Shown here piece by piece: positions 56,560 through 64,000 of a DNA stretch of 64,000 nt. A program made the translations under genes and the position numbers. The stretch lies in the IMG/VR virus record IMGVR_UViG_3300021438_000002; one strand, 5' to 3'. The DNA comes from an uncultured virus (IMG/VR IMGVR_UViG_3300021438_000002) (Duplodnaviria; Heunggongvirae; Uroviricota; Caudoviricetes). Positions within the stretch are counted from its first letter, which is position 1; every line of letters starts with the position of its first letter. Under the pieces are notes generated by a model that worked only from the letters and a program-made list of their open reading frames with translations, did no database searches and had not been told where the DNA came from.

Positions 56560-57213
56560 ATGACTATCAACAAGCCAATCATTGACGCAGATGATTACTT
56601 GACGGACGACATCGAAGATGTTGCTCCGAAACACGGCACAACCGTCCAAGCAGGATGGGCTGCTGCCGATGCTCTACTAAAGCCTAAGAAGGATTCTGGC
56701 GAATACGCTAGTGACTTCCGCTTTACTGAGCAAGCCCAACTCATTCGCTTTCTAGAGGATGAGCCGTTCTCCGTTTACTTCCAGCACTGGATTGACCGTG
56801 ATGGCAAGAAGTCGTTTGTATGTTTAGGCGATGACTGCCCTCTCTGCACCATTTCAGGCGACAAGCCACGTGGCAAGTTTGCTTTCAATGTCCTTGTCCT
56901 ATCGGACGAGGAGCCAGGTGTCATGATTTTGACAGCCCCTCCAACACTGGCTCGCCAGTTGAAGGCTGCAAATGATGACGCCAAGCGTGGTCCGTTGACC
57001 AAGTACTACTGGGCAATCTCTCGTCAAGGTTCAGGTCCTCAGACCACTTACACGCTTGACCGTGTTCGTGGCACCGACCTTGCCGAAGAGTGGGAACTCG
57101 ACCAAGAGGATGTGGAAGACTTAGTTGCTAACGCAACTAAGTACGACACAAGTGCAGTATACGTAACCCCTCGTGCGGAACTGCTAACCATCGCTAGGTC
57201 ACTAGTCTCCTAG
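56560..57213 (+). CDS. single-stranded DNA-binding protein, gp32-like
   Basis: IRFL...QHW...C...CPLC; R.G.G..TTY; SD AAGGAG. Confidence 0.7.
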   Translation: MTINKPIIDADDYLTDDIEDVAPKHGTTVQAGWAAADALLKPKKDSGEYASDFRFTEQAQLIRFLEDEPFSVYFQHWIDRDGKKSFVCLGDDCPLCTISGDKPRGKFAFNVLVLSDEEPGVMILTAPPTLARQLKAANDDAKRGPLTKYYWAISRQGSGPQTTYTLDRVRGTDLAEEWELDQEDVEDLVANATKYDTSAVYVTPRAELLTIARSLVS

Positions 57214-57224
57214 TCTCACTCACT

Positions 57225-57270
57225 AAAGAGGGCTAAGGTTTTACTTCCAATTCCGCCTTAGCCCTCTTTT
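57225..57270 (+). terminator. intrinsic terminator
   Basis: AAAGAGGGCTAAGG/CCTTAGCCCTCTTTT. Confidence 0.7.
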
Positions 57271-57288
57271 ACAATCTCTGAGGGAATA

Positions 57289-59310
57289 ATGAACATCATT
57301 ACAACTGCTGAACAGTTACAAGAGTTTGTGGAGTACTACTCCAAAGTCGATGCCTTTGCATTTGACGTAGAAACAATTGGCGAAGACCGCCTATACCCAG
57401 TCATCAACGATGTCTGCTGGATTTCCTTTGCGACCGAGGGTCGCTCAGATGTAATACCTATGGGTCACCCTAACGGTGAACTTGATGGGTACGATAAGCC
57501 TTTGCTACTTGAGGGTCAGCGTCGCCTAGCATCAGGCAAAGAAATTTTAGACACCCACTATTCCAAAGACACACGCAAGTGGGTGGCTAAGTTCGGTGAG
57601 GCTCCTAAGCAACTCAACCCTGCTGAAGTATTTAAAGCCATTGAACCATTAATGTTTAGTGACAAGTTAAAAGTGGCTCACAATGCTAAGTTTGATTTAA
57701 AGTCTGTAGCCAAATACTTTAAGGGTCGTGTACCAAGTAAGCCATACTTTGACACGCTGACTGCTGCATTCATAGTAAACAATTTAAACAAGAATGCCCT
57801 TAACCTAAAGGCATGCGTACAGCGTGAACTAGGCGTGGACATGAACAAAGGTATTGGTGAAAATGTTGCCCTACATTCTTTTAGCGATGTTGCTAACTAT
57901 TCTGGCATCGATGCAGAATTAACTTGGGACCTGTACAAAGTACTCAACGAAAAGATTACAGGTAATCTACAGAAGGTTTGGAAACTAGAGATGGATGTTC
58001 TTGCCGCCCTCTGCGACATGGAACTTACTGGGGCTTACATTGACCAAGACATGCTAGGTACCTTGGCTACCCAGATTGAACAGGACAAAGTTGCTGCTGA
58101 GGCTAAGGCGTACAAGATTGCTGGTAAAGCATTTCCTATCAACTCTGTTCCTACAAAGCAAAAGTTACTTTTTGCATCCCAAGATGGAAAGGCTCCAAGA
58201 TGTCGCCCAAATCTAAAGTACTCAAATGTTCTTACAGACAAAGGCAAGGAACTTGTCAGGTCATTGCCTCGAAACGCAGACCTATCCGAAGCCCTAAATG
58301 AAACTCACTTCTCAGTATCAGCAGAGGCTCTAGAGTACTACCGAGGAAAAGATGACCTAGTAGACGCACTGCTGGAGTACCAAGACCTAAACAAACTTAT
58401 GACTACCTATGTAACTCCTTACACAGGTGGCATGGTTAAGCGTGTAACCAATGGTAAAGAGACTAGTACCATGCGGAAGTCACTACTTATTAATGGTCGT
58501 GTCCACACCAACTTCAAGTCTCACGGGGCTGAGACAGGTAGATTCTCCTCCAGTGAACCTAACCTCCAGAACATTCCGTCTTCTGGAGACTATGGAAAAC
58601 TAGTTCGTGATTTGTTTGTTGCTCCCCCAGGACACAAACTTATTGTTGCTGACTACTCGCAGATTGAGCCACGCATCATCGCTTCATTTAGCCAAGACCC
58701 AATCCTCATAAACAACTACTTAACTGGTGGCGACATCTACACCACCATTGGTGACACCATGGGTGTAGACCGCAAGGCAGGTAAGGTTCTTGTGTTGGCT
58801 ATCTCTTATGGAGTTGGTCCCGACAAGATTGCTAGTTCCATAGGCTGTGGAGTTAACGATGCTAAGAAACTTCTTCGTGACTTTGAGGCAAAGTTCTCTA
58901 GCATTCCAAAGTACAAAGCCAAGGTGGTTCGTTTTGCTAAACAGTCTGGACCAATTCCATTTGTAGAAACTATCTTTGGTCGCCGTCGCTACATCCCCGA
59001 CCTACTAAGTAAAGACCAAGGACTATTGTCTCGTGCTGAACGCCAAGCGTTTAACACAGTCATCCAAGGTTCAGCCGCTGACATCATGAAGTTAGCACTT
59101 GTTCGTGCCCATTCTTGTTTTGTTAATGAACCTCGCATAAATGTTGTGCTTACTGTCCATGACGAGTTAGTAACCATTGCACCCGATGAACTCGCTGAGG
59201 AGGCTGCGGAGGCAATCAAAATCTCTATGGAGGGTATAAGATTGAATGTATTAAACGTTCCATTAATCACAGAGCCAAAGGTAGTAAACAAATGGGGAGA
59301 AGCCAAGTGA
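57289..59310 (+). CDS. polA: family A DNA polymerase with 3'-5' exonuclease
   Basis: FDVET, HNAKFD, TGRFSS..PNLQNIP, ADYSQIEPR, YG, IQGSAAD, VHDEL. Confidence 0.95.
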   Translation: MNIITTAEQLQEFVEYYSKVDAFAFDVETIGEDRLYPVINDVCWISFATEGRSDVIPMGHPNGELDGYDKPLLLEGQRRLASGKEILDTHYSKDTRKWVAKFGEAPKQLNPAEVFKAIEPLMFSDKLKVAHNAKFDLKSVAKYFKGRVPSKPYFDTLTAAFIVNNLNKNALNLKACVQRELGVDMNKGIGENVALHSFSDVANYSGIDAELTWDLYKVLNEKITGNLQKVWKLEMDVLAALCDMELTGAYIDQDMLGTLATQIEQDKVAAEAKAYKIAGKAFPINSVPTKQKLLFASQDGKAPRCRPNLKYSNVLTDKGKELVRSLPRNADLSEALNETHFSVSAEALEYYRGKDDLVDALLEYQDLNKLMTTYVTPYTGGMVKRVTNGKETSTMRKSLLINGRVHTNFKSHGAETGRFSSSEPNLQNIPSSGDYGKLVRDLFVAPPGHKLIVADYSQIEPRIIASFSQDPILINNYLTGGDIYTTIGDTMGVDRKAGKVLVLAISYGVGPDKIASSIGCGVNDAKKLLRDFEAKFSSIPKYKAKVVRFAKQSGPIPFVETIFGRRRYIPDLLSKDQGLLSRAERQAFNTVIQGSAADIMKLALVRAHSCFVNEPRINVVLTVHDELVTIAPDELAEEAAEAIKISMEGIRLNVLNVPLITEPKVVNKWGEAK

Positions 59311-59720
59311 GTCTTTTCAAAAAGAAAAAGACTAACCTATCCATGATAGACATGGCGTCCAGACTCCGTGGCTTTATACTTGATTCCCAAATACAAAACC
59401 CACACGAACTAGCAGAACTGCTTGGGCTGTCTGTCATCAGCGATGAAGTAGCCGAAAGAGAAGAAGAGGAAAGCGACATCCGTGTAGACCGCATTGCTCA
59501 TTTAGTTCCTTTGGCTTACACCTATGCACATTCCTTGGCTGAAGGTTCCATAGAGTTTCAGAAAAAGAATGTAGCAGATTTACAAGGGATACCTGAAGAA
59601 GTTTGGATGTTCAGTCGTCGCATGGTCGAGCAAGTAGCCATGTCAGCAATGCTCGGTTCCATTTCACAATTAATTGACATGGGTTTATTAGAAATTCCAA
59701 AACAAAGAGGTAGAAGATGA
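59292..59720 (+). CDS. hypothetical protein
   Basis: ORF track. Confidence 0.6.
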   Translation: MGRSQVSLFKKKKTNLSMIDMASRLRGFILDSQIQNPHELAELLGLSVISDEVAEREEEESDIRVDRIAHLVPLAYTYAHSLAEGSIEFQKKNVADLQGIPEEVWMFSRRMVEQVAMSAMLGSISQLIDMGLLEIPKQRGRR

Positions 59721-60106
59721 ACAGTGCTGATTGGTGGGCTAAAAAATTAAACAACCCACAACAACAAACAACTAGACCTGACCCAACACCACAGATGCCA
59801 CCTAGTCAACTGCCTATGAGTGCGATGCCCAGGTTTCCAGACCAAGGGCTACCCCCATTACCAGGGCAGAACAACAAAGCCCAGTCTTCTAAGCAGACTG
59901 CTACGTGTCCTGACTGCGGGTCAATCAACTTTATGGCTATTGAAAATGCGAAAGCACGCTGCTTTGACTGTGGGTACCCCACCGAACAGTCGGGGTCACG
60001 TTTCGGTGGTCTCGCTGGTGCACATGTTGAAGGCTCGGCAAAACCAGCACAAGGTAACAGCACTTCAGGCGGATACAACCCACAACAAATTATCGGAAGA
60101 GTCTAA
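59717..60106 (+). CDS. zinc-ribbon protein
   Basis: CPDC...CFDC. Confidence 0.65.
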   Translation: MNSADWWAKKLNNPQQQTTRPDPTPQMPPSQLPMSAMPRFPDQGLPPLPGQNNKAQSSKQTATCPDCGSINFMAIENAKARCFDCGYPTEQSGSRFGGLAGAHVEGSAKPAQGNSTSGGYNPQQIIGRV

Positions 60107-61152
60107 TGATTAACGCAGATGCTTTAAAAGTAATGGCACAACTAAACAAACGGTTTGGTGCAGACACAATTGTAATCGGAGGAAACATCCGTGGAGAACT
60201 TATCAAACGAATCACTACAGGAAGTACTACGTTTGACTACATCCTTGGGGGAGGGTTCCCAAGTAACCAGTGGAATGAACTTGTTGGTGAACCTTCACAT
60301 GGTAAAACCGCAATCGCCCTCAAGACCATTGCAGCCAACCAAGCCCAAGACCCAAACTTTACAACAGTCTGGGTTGCCGCAGAGCAGTGGGTCCCCGAGT
60401 ACGCAGAGATGTGTGGAGTAGATACGGACCGTGTTATCGTCATCGAAACGAACATCATGGAAGAGGCTTATGATGTCGTTATTGCTTTTGCTGAGTCTAA
60501 GTCTGTTGATGCTATTGTTATCGACTCTCTTCCTGCTCTTGTTCCCTCTCCTGAGTCTGAAAAGAACATGGACGAAATGACCGTTGGTCGTGGAGCCTTA
60601 CTGACCAACAAGTTCTTCCGCAAGGCTGGAGCCGCTATGAAGCGTAGCCTTACCGAGGATGAACGCCCAGTACTAGGTATCATTATCAACCAGTATCGTA
60701 TGAAAATTGGTGTGATGCATGGAGACCCACGCACTACCCCAGGAGGTCAGGGCAAGGACTACGCATACTTTACTCGCTCAGAGGTTCGTCGTGACGAGTA
60801 CATTGAGGCTGGCACTGGAGTCAATAAAGTTCGTGTAGGTCAACGTATCAAAGTCCGCACATTGAAGAACAAAACTGCTCCACCAAGTCGCACAGCGTAT
60901 GTAGATTTTTATTTTCAAGACCACAGCATCTATAAGGCTGGAGACTACGACACTGCCAAAGAAGTTGCTGCAATGGTAATTGTTAAAGGCATTGTTGACC
61001 GCAAGGGTGGTTGGATTTACTATGGAGAACGCAAGTGGCAGGGTCAAGAGGCTCTTGTTAATAGTCTCCGTGAAGAAGTAGACTTCTTTGAAGAGTTGAG
61101 GGAAAAGGTCTTATCAACACCAGACAGTTTTGTAGGAGGAACTGATGAGTAA
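60106..61152 (+). CDS. recA: RecA/UvsX recombinase
   Basis: TGS..D..LGGG, GEPSHGKT, IVIDS, INQ.R.KIG, TTPGG, KNK.APP. Confidence 0.93.
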   Translation: MINADALKVMAQLNKRFGADTIVIGGNIRGELIKRITTGSTTFDYILGGGFPSNQWNELVGEPSHGKTAIALKTIAANQAQDPNFTTVWVAAEQWVPEYAEMCGVDTDRVIVIETNIMEEAYDVVIAFAESKSVDAIVIDSLPALVPSPESEKNMDEMTVGRGALLTNKFFRKAGAAMKRSLTEDERPVLGIIINQYRMKIGVMHGDPRTTPGGQGKDYAYFTRSEVRRDEYIEAGTGVNKVRVGQRIKVRTLKNKTAPPSRTAYVDFYFQDHSIYKAGDYDTAKEVAAMVIVKGIVDRKGGWIYYGERKWQGQEALVNSLREEVDFFEELREKVLSTPDSFVGGTDE

Positions 61153-61387
61153 TAAGCGAGTAGTAATAAACGATGATGCTTGGGCTAAGAAACTTGAAAC
61201 CGAGTACGAAGAGTACATGTGGAACTGTGAGTCCATGGTTGATGGTGAAGAACCTGATGATTTTGTAACTTTGTCAGGAGAACCATTCTGTGGTTGCTCT
61301 ACTTGTTACACACGTGAACAACTGTTTTTCCTTATCCCTCGTATCATCGATGCTTCCCAGAAGGGTCAAGTAGAAGTTGAAGAGTGA
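61145..61387 (+). CDS. small hypothetical protein with CGCxxC
   Basis: ORF track. Confidence 0.55.
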   Translation: MSNKRVVINDDAWAKKLETEYEEYMWNCESMVDGEEPDDFVTLSGEPFCGCSTCYTREQLFFLIPRIIDASQKGQVEVEE

Positions 61388-61691
61388 GGGTCAGAAGCAG
61401 TCCCAGAAGCACGAGAAACGTCTCGCTAAAGCCGTAGGAGGGCAAACCACGGCTGCTTCTGGGGCGTTCTGGTCTCGCAAAGGTGACGTAAGAAGTAAGA
61501 CACTTCTTATAGAACACAAGTGGACGGGTAAAAAGTCAAAGACTATTCAGTCAGCAGAGTTGAAAAAGATAGTGACCGAAGCCATAATGGATGGTAGGTT
61601 ACCAGTGTTTGGTATCCACCTTGATGGCGAAGATTATGTAATCCTTATGGAGACTGACTTTCTAGAATTATGGAATAAAGTAAATGAGTGA
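61377..61691 (+). CDS. Holliday junction resolvase-like PD-(D/E)XK nuclease
   Basis: E..LA...SGA...KGDV...LIEHK. Confidence 0.7.
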   Translation: MKSEGQKQSQKHEKRLAKAVGGQTTAASGAFWSRKGDVRSKTLLIEHKWTGKKSKTIQSAELKKIVTEAIMDGRLPVFGIHLDGEDYVILMETDFLELWNKVNE

Positions 61692-62001
61692 AAACTGGAT
61701 ACACCAAGCAAGGTGCAAAACAGCAGACCCTGAAATCTTTTTTCCACCCAGAGACAAAGAGCAGTACAAAGTAGTTGCCGCAGAGGCTAAAGCATTTTGC
61801 CTAGGTCCCAACGGAAACAACCCTTGTCCAGTTCGCAAAGAATGTCTGTGGTTTGCTATAGAATCAGATGAACAGCACGGAATCTGGGGAGGGCTTTCTC
61901 ACCGAGAACGCAACGCTCTAGTCCGTAAATGGCAACGCAAATACAAGAACCAAATGACCTTAGAAGAATACATCGACCAACTAGATAAAAAGGAATACTA
62001 A
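61684..62001 (+). CDS. whiB: WhiB-family Fe-S transcription factor
   Basis: W...ARC...FFP...C...CPVRKECL...GIWGGLS..ER. Confidence 0.93.
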   Translation: MSENWIHQARCKTADPEIFFPPRDKEQYKVVAAEAKAFCLGPNGNNPCPVRKECLWFAIESDEQHGIWGGLSHRERNALVRKWQRKYKNQMTLEEYIDQLDKKEY

Positions 62002-62867
62002 TGCCAGCACCGAAGACCGACCTAAAGAAGTTTCTAGACGCCAAAGCAAAGCCGTCACGTTTGATTGGTGACATTGAACGTCACCTACAAAAGCGTCCAG
62101 TAGGAGACCGTAGCACCACTGTGCTACACCCATCAGAAATTATCAAGAAGGATTGGTGCAAGCGTGCATCCTACTTCCTATTGAATGGGCACACCAAGAT
62201 TGCTGAAAAGCCCAACCTACGCCTGCAGTCTATCTTTGATGAGGGTCACGCTATCCACCACAAGTGGCAGACATGGTTCCAAGAGATGGGTGTGCTGTAT
62301 GGTCGTTTTACTTGTACTTCATGTGACTTCAGCATCTTTGACCTAGGTGTTATGGACTGCCCACAGTGCGGAAAAAACACCTTTGAATACCGTGAGGTTA
62401 CCCTTAAGGATGACGAACTCCGTATTGCTGGGCATACAGATGGTTGGGTTAAGGATGACCGTGGAGACACGCTTATTGAAATCAAATCAATCGGTCCAGG
62501 AACTATCCGTAACGAACAGCCAGGGTTGTTTATGGATGCTGGTGGAGACTTCATGAAAGCATGGAAGAATGTTCGTCGTCCATTTGCCAGCCACATCCTG
62601 CAGGGTCAGGTATACCTAGAACTCATGAACCGCATGGGTTATGTGGGGGCTAATGGAGAGCCAATCAACGAGATTGTTTTCCTCTACGAACTTAAGGCTG
62701 ACCAAGACTATAAAGAGTTCACAGTAAAGCGTGACTACGAGTTGGTACAGCACGTCTTTGATGGAGCCGCAATGGTTGTGGAGGCTGTCAATAACAAGAA
62801 GGCTCCAGTATGTTCAAACAACTGGGCTGGTACTTGTAAGCAATGTGACCCATACATGGAGGACTAA
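62001..62867 (+). CDS. Cas4-like PD-(D/E)XK exonuclease
   Basis: HPSE...CKR, GHAIH, GHTDG, EIKS, QxxxY, C-terminal CKQC. Confidence 0.8.
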   Translation: MPAPKTDLKKFLDAKAKPSRLIGDIERHLQKRPVGDRSTTVLHPSEIIKKDWCKRASYFLLNGHTKIAEKPNLRLQSIFDEGHAIHHKWQTWFQEMGVLYGRFTCTSCDFSIFDLGVMDCPQCGKNTFEYREVTLKDDELRIAGHTDGWVKDDRGDTLIEIKSIGPGTIRNEQPGLFMDAGGDFMKAWKNVRRPFASHILQGQVYLELMNRMGYVGANGEPINEIVFLYELKADQDYKEFTVKRDYELVQHVFDGAAMVVEAVNNKKAPVCSNNWAGTCKQCDPYMED

Positions 62868-63313
62868 TGTCTGCGTTAGAACGATTTGGTGAGTGGAATC
62901 TACACTTTAATAAACCAGATACCGAGCAAGTAACCTTACCTTCAGACATCACAGATGTCAGTTCTGAAGAACTGGGTAATCTTTTTACTAGACTCACTGC
63001 TTGGACTGATTACATTGCCTCACAACTGGCTGTCGCACAGTTGGAAGAGCGTGGAGCCCAAAAGAAACTAGAGTTCCTAGAGAACACCCTGTTGGTTAAA
63101 CGAATGGGAGCCCATGTAAAGGGCGAACGAGTAACCACAGTTAAAGCAGAGATTGCTGTCCATCAAGATGTAGTGGACTTGTCTAACGAGTACGAAGAGA
63201 AGTATGCTTATCGTAAGTTAGTAGAAATGCTACTGAATAACCACGAGCGTGACCTATCCTTGGTCAGCCGTGAAATAACTAGACGCTCAAACGATTTTAG
63301 GAGAAACATCTAA
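62867..63313 (+). CDS. UvsY-like recombination mediator (putative)
   Basis: Helical protein; position after RecA and the exonuclease. Confidence 0.4.
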   Translation: MSALERFGEWNLHFNKPDTEQVTLPSDITDVSSEELGNLFTRLTAWTDYIASQLAVAQLEERGAQKKLEFLENTLLVKRMGAHVKGERVTTVKAEIAVHQDVVDLSNEYEEKYAYRKLVEMLLNNHERDLSLVSREITRRSNDFRRNI

Positions 63314-63711
63314 TGGGAAGAATGAAAGACCTTTACACACTTCAGCAAGACGAGGCAGACCTACAGGAACTTGGAGAGGTTCAAGACCTTCCACAAGCCA
63401 TCAAAGACATCATCCGCAAAAGCAGCCCAAACGCAGAGTTTGAAGAGGCTGTTCAGCAGAAGTTCCAACACGCAAAACACGTGCTACTTAGTAAGCACAA
63501 AGATTACGGACCAACCAACATCAGCCTAAGCCCAGGCGGACCACTCAATGGTCTGCGTGTACGCATGTGGGATAAGTTTGCCCGTATTAATCATCTGATT
63601 GACACTGGTGCAACACCAGAACACGAGAGCCTAAGAGACTCATTCCTAGACATGGCTAACTATGCAATCATTGCCATGTTGGTATTGGATGACGAGTGGG
63701 ACCGTGGCTAG
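63313..63711 (+). CDS. DUF1599 / nucleotide-modification-associated domain 1 protein
   Basis: KHKDYG...RMWDK.AR...ESLRDSFLDMANYAII. Confidence 0.75.
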   Translation: MGRMKDLYTLQQDEADLQELGEVQDLPQAIKDIIRKSSPNAEFEEAVQQKFQHAKHVLLSKHKDYGPTNISLSPGGPLNGLRVRMWDKFARINHLIDTGATPEHESLRDSFLDMANYAIIAMLVLDDEWDRG

Positions 63712-63943
63712 ATGGAAAGCCCTGTACTTTAAGTACAACCCCATGAACGCTAACAAACCCGCATCGATTGCTGACATTGCTTTTGACACAGGCGTTATTG
63801 CAGAGCGTGAACGCATCATCAAACTGCTAGAAGAAGCAAGAGATAAATGTGCTTGCTATCGTGAAGTCGGTATGCCTGTCTGTCGCCACCAGTTGAGCGT
63901 TGATGAGCAAATCGCTCTTATCAAAGGAGAAATCAATGGCTGA
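63662..63943 (+). CDS. hypothetical protein
   Basis: ORF track; AERERIIKLL motif. Confidence 0.5.
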   Translation: MQSLPCWYWMTSGTVARWKALYFKYNPMNANKPASIADIAFDTGVIAERERIIKLLEEARDKCACYREVGMPVCRHQLSVDEQIALIKGEING

Positions 63944-64000
63944 AAAGTTTATTTGTACAGGTTGCGGTAGAGACGCAATCCAAGATGACTACAACTACTG

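Noticed and set aside
15905..61152. Inteins or introns in terL, dnaB, polA or recA
   Set aside because: Protein lengths are normal, motifs are contiguous, and no splice-junction motifs or homing endonuclease were seen
62001..62867. Cas4-like gene as evidence of a CRISPR system
   Set aside because: No repeat-spacer array or other cas genes seen; solo Cas4-like nucleases are common in phage recombination modules
938..62997. Numerous minus-strand ORFs in the track
   Set aside because: All are antisense shadows of well-supported + strand genes or RNAs, with no recognisable motifs
1..64000. Alternative genetic code or stop-codon reassignment
   Set aside because: Genes are intact in the standard code, all three stop codons are used, and the only clear tRNA is a normal Trp(CCA)

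Overview
This 64 kb window is part of a large dsDNA contractile-tailed (myovirus-type) phage genome. Every credible gene is on the + strand. WhiB, leaderless promoters and a DUF2746-like lysis-cassette protein point to an actinobacterial host; a low-GC freshwater lineage is plausible but is inference. Gene order: accessory region (ParB/Srx-like paralogs, GNAT-like protein, Hsp20, structured RNA, tRNA-Trp, NlpC/P60); membrane/lysis cassette (PA14 coiled-coil protein, M23 peptidase); terminase, portal, scaffold, N4-gp56-like capsid; fibre/decoration proteins; a cluster of basic micro-proteins; sheath, tube, chaperone, tape measure, baseplate; then a replication/recombination module (initiator with putative origin, DnaC-like loader, DnaB, primase, SNF2 helicase, SSB, Pol A, RecA, resolvase, WhiB, Cas4-like nuclease, DUF1599). 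Most notable signals: (1) a strand-polarised cluster of 18 GCAGTAG(C/T)C 9-mers at about 4.0-13.4 kb, in several reading frames and in intergenic DNA; (2) a canonical-looking -1 frameshift signal that would switch a secreted PA14 lectin stalk between a short and a hydrophobic-tailed form; (3) apparent absence of seven 4-bp palindromes, including ATAT; (4) two small beta modules inserted, sometimes nested, into many virion proteins; (5) a tRNA-like RNA beside a true tRNA, downstream of an operator/thermometer-like hsp20 leader. All counts are by eye and no database searches were run.
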